Below are positions 57,335-64,000 of a stretch of DNA of 64,000 nucleotides, one piece after another (positions within the stretch are counted from its first letter, which is position 1; each line of letters opens with the position of its first letter). A model generated the notes under the pieces. The model did not search any database and was not told where the DNA came from. It saw only the letters and a program-made list of their open reading frames with translations. The DNA lies in contig OX597819.1 in assembly GCA_951406725.2 (NCBI GenBank), positions 46,190,001 to 46,254,000 on the forward strand. Direction: 5' to 3'. The DNA is from Octopus vulgaris. Lineage: Eukaryota. The translations under genes and the position numbers were made by a program.

Positions 57335-57960
57335 GGAGAGGAAGAAGAAGAAGAAGAAGAAGAAGAAGAAGAAGAAGAAGAAGAAGAAGAAGAAGAAGAA
57401 GAAGAAGAAGAAGAAGAAGAAGGAGAAGAAGGAGAAGAAGAAGAAGAAAAGAAGAAAAAGGAGAAGGAGGAGGAGGAGAAGGAGGAAGGGGAGATGCGGA
57501 GGGTAGTAGAATAAAGAAGGGGAGGAGGGCGTGGGAGGAGGGGAGGGGGAGGGGAGGGGGAGGGGAGGGGAGGAAGTGATTAGGAGATGAGGAGGGTAGA
57601 TGAGGGGAGGAGGGAGGAGGAGGAAGAGAAGAAAGAGAAGAAGAAAGAGAAGAAAAAGAAGAAAAAGAAGAAAAAGAAGAAGAAAATGATGATGATGATG
57701 ATTATGATGATGATGATGATGATGATGATAATGATGAAGATGATGATAATGATGATGACGACGACGGCGATGATGACGATGAGGTGAAAGGGGAGGGGAG
57801 GAGTAGGAGTAGGTGGAGGAGGAGGAGTACAGCGTCGGCTGAGAAGACGAGGACAACGGCGATGTTGAGGACGATGATGAAGATGAAGATTGAGGATACT
57901 AATGAAAACGACGATGGGTGGGGTGATGGAGCAGGGAGGAGGAGGAAGGAAGGAAGAAAA
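57335..57960. repeat. (GAA)n/(GGA)n/(GAT)n purine-rich low-complexity block
   Basis: Read directly from the sequence. Confidence 0.9.
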
Positions 57961-58674
57961 GGAAAACGTTGCTAGATATAGTTTAATTTATAATGTGCTG
58001 TCTACTAATCTGATGCTGTAGTAACATTTTGAGAGAAAATGTTTTATAGCAATTTTATCTAAATCTGCATATTACTTCTTGAATGAATGCAAAATTTTAC
58101 TTTATTAAGTAATACCAAGACTTTTTTCTGTAGTTAATAACATACAATATGCTCTTACTTATGTAATAAATCAGATGAAAGACTCCGATTAACTTATATT
58201 ATCCAAGAATTTAGTAAACAAATCCTCCATTTAAGATTGTGTAAAATCTAAAATACAAACAACGACAGCTTTCGGCATTTTATAACCAAAGGATTTTAAA
58301 ACTAATACTTACATGTTATTATTTATAGCTTTATCTGTCTCGAGATTCGTCATTTCACAAGCAAGAGAGATATCTCCAATATAACAAGCTAATTGACTAT
58401 TTCTGGAAAAATCCAAGCAATGAAAATTGGAGAAGATTTTCTTTTTAGATCCAAGTAGTCAAAGCAATGCACTTTTCCGCCTTATTAAATCTCTTCGGTA
58501 AAACATTTTCTATATGCTTGGCAAGATTTAGAAATGATTATTTTATTTTATTTAGAAATAGCGAGTTTCTTCTGTACGAATTTATTCCATTTTAAATCTA
58601 TTACTGAAATGGTTTTAGCTGAATGCAGAATACCATAATTTTCTTCGGGCTTTTCTATCTTCATTGAACTCTTA

Positions 58675-59037
58675 GGCGCAGGAGTGGCTGTGTGATAAGT
58701 AGCTTGCTTAGCAACCACATGGTTCTGGGTTCAGTCCCACTGCGTGGCACCTTGGGCAAGTGTTTTCTACTATAGCCTCGGGCCGGCCAAAGCCTTGTGA
58801 GTGGATTTGGTAGAAGGAAACTGAAAGAAGCTCGTCGTATATATGCATATATATGTATGTGTGTGTATATGTTTGTGCGTCTGTGTTTGTCCCCCCCTCC
58901 CCAACATCGCTTGACCACCGATAGAATAAGTACTAGGCTTACAAAGAATAAGTCCTGGGGTCGATTTTGCTCGACTAAAGGCGGTGCTCCAGCATGGCCG
59001 CAATCAAATGACTGAGACAGGTAAAGGAGTAAAAGAG
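58675..59037 (+). mobile_element. tRNA-derived CORE-like SINE (internal deletion)
   Basis: Same head and tail as 45002. Confidence 0.85.
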
Positions 59038-59699
59038 TCTAGATATATGTCTAGATACATGTTGAAAGAGTTTAATTCGATCCAGCTGCGCGGCAACTTG
59101 GGAAAATATCTTCTACAATAGCTTAGACTTGACCAATACCTTTTGCAATTTTTGGAATACAGGATTGACAGAGAGTTAAGGACAGACAAAATCAAAAACG
59201 GTGCCTGTAATAAGTGCCTCCTTAAACACATTGGCTTGCGTTTAGATTTCGTATTTTCGATTCAGCTTCCCTTCCAGCGCAATGGATTCGTATGTTCTTC
59301 ATTAGTTTTCCCATTCATTTTACTTTTCGTTTTGATACTTTTTTTTATCGACAGAGGAATAACTGCCAAGTAGATTGCACATCTGACTATCTGCTCATAG
59401 TTCTTGATTTCTAAATTTACAAGAGTTGGATCAAAAGTTCCTCTCCTATGAAGGAGTGATGCTAGGTCTTTGAAATCTTGCATGCATTGATTTCAACCCT
59501 TCTTATTAATAACTACATTGTTTCTTTCCAGGTAGACTCATAAAGCAGTGATTTCCTAAACCTCTCTCTAACCAGTATATTTCATGCACCATGCTTCAGA
59601 AATAAGTATCCGATTATTTTCCCATTCATCCATCTTCTCATCTACAATTTCTGGAGTGGGATCGTGTGGATAGATAACTAAGGTACCTCCTCCATATAG

Positions 59700-59975
59700 C
59701 CCTATCAGAAGCAACCGTCACTAGGTTTTCCGCTTGGTTTACTAACTGTGACCAATTGAGTCTATGGATGTTTACTAACCATCTTATGCTTGGTCTACCC
59801 TTTACTCTTCTGATGGGCGTGCAGAATCACTTTCTAGTGACATTTTAATCACATGTCCATAGTACAAGAGCTGTGACCTCCCGATACAGAGAAGTAGTGA
59901 TTCAACTTCCTGGACCCCGAGCTACGCACGCTGCCGAGCAACGTAATTTTAGAGATCATTCGGAGAGACTCTATT
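59700..59975 (-). pseudogene. RTE-clade LINE C-terminal relic
   Basis: Reverse-complement translation ESLLLCIGRSQLLYYGHVIKM...RVKGRPSIRWL. Confidence 0.65.
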
Positions 59976-59987
59976 TCGGGCACTGTG

Positions 59988-60205
59988 GATGTGCGTGGCT
60001 TAGTGGTTAGGGTGGTTGACTCATGATCGTAAGATTTTGGTTTCGATTCCTAGACCGGGCGACGCGTTGTGTTCTTGAGCAAAACACTACATTTCACGTT
60101 GCTGCAGTCCACTCAGCTTGCAAAAATGAGTAATTCTACAATGGACTGGCGTCCTGTCCAGGTGGGGAATATTTACGCCATGAAACCGGGACACCGGTAC
60201 TTATG
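59988..60205 (+). mobile_element. tRNA-derived SINE, family 3
   Basis: gtggcttagtggttaggg..gtttcgattcc..ttgtgttcttgagcaaaacac; matches 19439. Confidence 0.8.
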
Positions 60206-60281
60206 AGTTGATGTGGCTCTCTCTAGTTTCAGCTCAGAGCTGCGGCCATGCTGATGCACCGCCATTTTGCTACTGTTATTA

Positions 60282-60642
60282 CTAAGAGCCTCCTCTAATA
60301 TGTGGCACTTGGTGAAGAATGGAGTTTGATATAGCTACCCTTATTTTCACCTCTTGCCGTGAGGTAGGTTCATCTGGGACTCTCGACAAGAAGAGGTCCA
60401 GCTTTGATTTAAAAAACCCTACATCTACTTTGTGCAAGTTCATCAGACTCTTTGGGAGAATATTAAAAAAGCTGTGGGACCTTGAAACCAGGCTGTTGCA
60501 GTAACTGGTCCTGAAGCGTGATGGCATTGCTGGGATCTTTGGCACTATGCAGCGTCGTCCCATTCTGGTATTGGTGTAGCTTTCAATGCCAAAATGTAGC
60601 ACAATTCCTTCCAGGATCTTCCAGATATATATTACTGCATAC
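60282..60642 (-). pseudogene. CR1/Jockey-group LINE ORF2 3' fragment
   Basis: YAVIYIWKILEGIV..RMGRRCIVPK..FNILPKSLMNL..FKSKLDLFLSRVPDEP. Confidence 0.75.
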
Positions 60643-61781
60643 TGGCTCGTAATTTTTTTTTACTATATTTCGGGCACTTATATTTGCGATCGTACTCCTT
60701 CAGTCAATATCCAGCATTCATACCCATAGGTGAAGATAGGCAAGATAATTTACATGGCATTAAGCAGGTTCTTGCTAAAGAAGAGATTTATGCCTTATCC
60801 AATAAATAGAAAATTAAAGAAATTTTTTCGACTTAAATCTTAATGACTTTTCAAATGATAGACATATAACTGTATCTGCTGACGAAACAGTTGACTGTTA
60901 CAAATATATACATAATTCTAAGAAACCGGCCTTGCATCACGTAATGAAAAAAATTAAGTTATTGTAGTGTGACGTAATAAAACTAGAAAATAGAAAACGA
61001 AATTAGCCTTCCTAGTAACTGTGGCTTCACACACCATCAAAATATGACGCGAACGTCTTTCCACTAGTTTACATATCAATAAAGCGTTTCTAAAATGTTC
61101 GTCCTGTCTCACCAGTCTGCAATGAAATTTGTGATGGCGGAATGAAAAGGAACGACGCAAAAAAAAAAAAAGATGTAGTAAAAGGAAATATATTTAAAAA
61201 AAAAAAGAAAAATACAACAAAAGAACAGCTTCCTACAAAAATAAAATTACGTATGAAATTTAACAAAAAACTATAAGTGATATACAAGAAAATATAATGT
61301 AATATAATATAAAATGTAGATTTTTATCAGAAATAGCGTTATAAGCAAACGGAGCATGAATCTCGTTAAATGATAACAAGATCGATAAATTAATCACATT
61401 TTGAAAACCGTGGTTAGACTCGTGTATAGTAAGGACGAGGTATAGAGCTGTATGTGTTTGCGTTTGTGGAGAAAGAGAGGCAGAATGTGTTTGGGAATTT
61501 TCATGGCGGCTATACAAGAAATATGTATATGAATTCGCATATATATATCAATAAGCACATATATGTGAATACGCACATATATTTATGTCCATAGACACAC
61601 ACAAACCATTGCCCCACACACACACACACACCTATTCCCCCCACATACACACACAAATATATATAAATATACACGTATACAGAGTAGCCGTGGCAAGGAA
61701 GGAGACAAGAATTGGAACTGAGAGTGGTGGGGAGGGATTTATTCAAATCTATATGTTAATACATGCAATATATTTAATCGG

Positions 61782-61839
<58 letters not shown>

Positions 61840-62079
61840 GTATGCATGTATGTATGTATGTATATACACACACATATATATATATACAAATATATACATA
61901 TATGTATATACACACATCTATATATATATACAAATATATATATATATATATAGGTATGTACGTATTTATATGTATGTACACATGTATCAATTCATGTGTC
62001 TATGTATGTATGTATGTATTTACACGTGGTTTTATAGTTGCATGTATTCATAAAAAGCCTATGTGTGTGTTTCTATAAG

Positions 62080-62120
<41 letters not shown>

Positions 62121-62602
62121 ATGTATTAATGCTTATGCATTCCAATATCATAGTGAGCACATGGAAGAATAAAATATTTGGTAGAAGAAAAAACCATACA
62201 CAATATGAAATGAAGTCTCATATCTGGATGTGTGGGGGCTGTGTTTGTGTGTGTGTATGTGGGTGCATGTGTGCGCGCGTACGAGTGTATATGAATGTGG
62301 GTTTATGCGTGTGTATATGCATATATGAATGAACAGATATATAAATATATATACATATATATATATGAATATACGAATATATATGCGTATATATATGAAT
62401 ATATATATATATATGTATGTATATGTATATATATATATGTATATATATATAAGTAGTTATACATATATATTTATATAAGTGTATTTGTTATACGTAATAT
62501 ATATATATGCATATATATATATATATTTATATATTAATCATACATATGTATATATATATATAGGTATATATATGTATACATATAGATATGTATATATATA
62601 TG

Positions 62603-62720
<118 letters not shown>

Positions 62721-63180
62721 CATATATATTGAAGGAAACTTTAGATAATAAATTTATATATTATCTGAGAGGCTGAAAACGAAGCAATTAAACGGACGAA
62801 AAATAATAATACATGCATTAAGATCCTCTTTATGAATGCGTGTGCTTGTTCGTGCGAGCGTATGTAAAATAAGTGACGCCTTCACTGTGCGTGTGGGTGA
62901 GTTTTATGCCTGCGTGCATGCATAAGTCATTATGAATATCTGTATGAATATATGATTGTAATATGTTTGTAGATGTGCATGTGTGTGTGTCTCTATGTAC
63001 GGTTGCGTGTGTGTTTGTGTAGTTGCGCGCTTGTGTCTTCATAAGCGTGTGTGTGTGTGTCTGTGCTTTTGTGCGTGCGTGCGTGCGTGCGTGGAGGGTG
63101 GCTGTTCGAGAATAATTGAATGTACGTATGTCTGAGTAGGTGGTAGAGTTTCACTGTTCAAGTGTGTGTGTGTGTGTGTG

Positions 63181-63237
<57 letters not shown>

Positions 63238-64000
63238 GTATACATATGCGTCTGTGTGTGTATGTGTGTCTAGGAGGAGGAAGCCTGAACGAGTGAATTT
63301 AAATACCGTGTATAAATGACAATGCGTCAGTGTGCGCGTTCGTGCATGCGTGTGTGTGAGCGCACGTGTGCGCACCTTTGTGAGTGTGTGTGTATGTGTG
63401 AACGTGTATGTGTTTATATCTGTACGTGTAAGTATGGGAGCACGCTTGAATAAGTGAAAGTCATTGCCTATGAAGGAATTTGTGTATGTTTGTATATAAG
63501 TGTATCTGTATATATGTATCTATGTGTGTACTCTTCTATATATATATACACGGATTTTTGTATGAGTTTGGGTGCATGTATGTGCATGCGCATAAATCTT
63601 TTACGGGTGTATATGAATGCATGTATGTATATGCATGTGCATAAATCTATACATGCATGCATTAGCATTGTTATACGTACAAACATGCGGATTTGTAACG
63701 ATTTTTTTTTTCTTCTTGCGCCGGCGTGACGTTATATTCGGCATATTCACATTGAAAAGAATGGAAATTTATTTAAAATTATGGTTAAAATTTATTCTTA
63801 GATGCAACAGGAATTATAAAATAGTCGGGTGGAAGAAAGAAAAAACTCTGTAATAAATTGCAATTGGAAATAAAGACTCAAAAATCTTCAAGATTTATAT
63901 TCTCGAACGTCTTAATATCAATTACCGCCGCGACACTGCATACTCAAAATAGATGAAATTATATAATCAAATATATGTATGGACATATATATATATATAT

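Noticed and set aside
60879-60905. CTGACGA-AACAG ttga CTGTT hairpin
   Set aside because: Lacks the GAAA box and a stem I partner.

Overview
AT-rich, microsatellite-saturated animal genomic DNA, most likely an Octopus or other coleoid cephalopod. That assignment is inferred from the SINE families and the (TA)n/(TATG)n/(CA)n load and was not checked by search. No host protein-coding gene is supportable, and nearly all ORFs in the track are microsatellite translations. The one real coding region is a 5'-truncated but uninterrupted Penelope-like retroelement (PLE; reverse transcriptase, Cys-rich linker, GIY-YIG endonuclease) at ~9738-12327. The main discovery is roughly 18 hammerhead-ribozyme (HHR) motifs read directly from the sequence on both strands. 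They sit in many unrelated short non-coding elements, most of which are inserted in (TA)n tracts. Two elements have retrozyme-like partial-tandem plus inverted architecture (362-nt and 417-nt monomers). The HHR cores show all four Watson-Crick combinations at the 3:8 pair, palindromic minimal stem IIIs, and several very long stem IIs. The rest of the window is tRNA-derived SINEs, non-autonomous Helitrons, mariner/hAT MITEs, LINE (RTE, CR1/Jockey-like) and PLE relics, several fold-back hairpins, and a ~8.4-kb inverted duplication (20.65-29.1 kb) that looks like a long-read fold-back assembly artefact.
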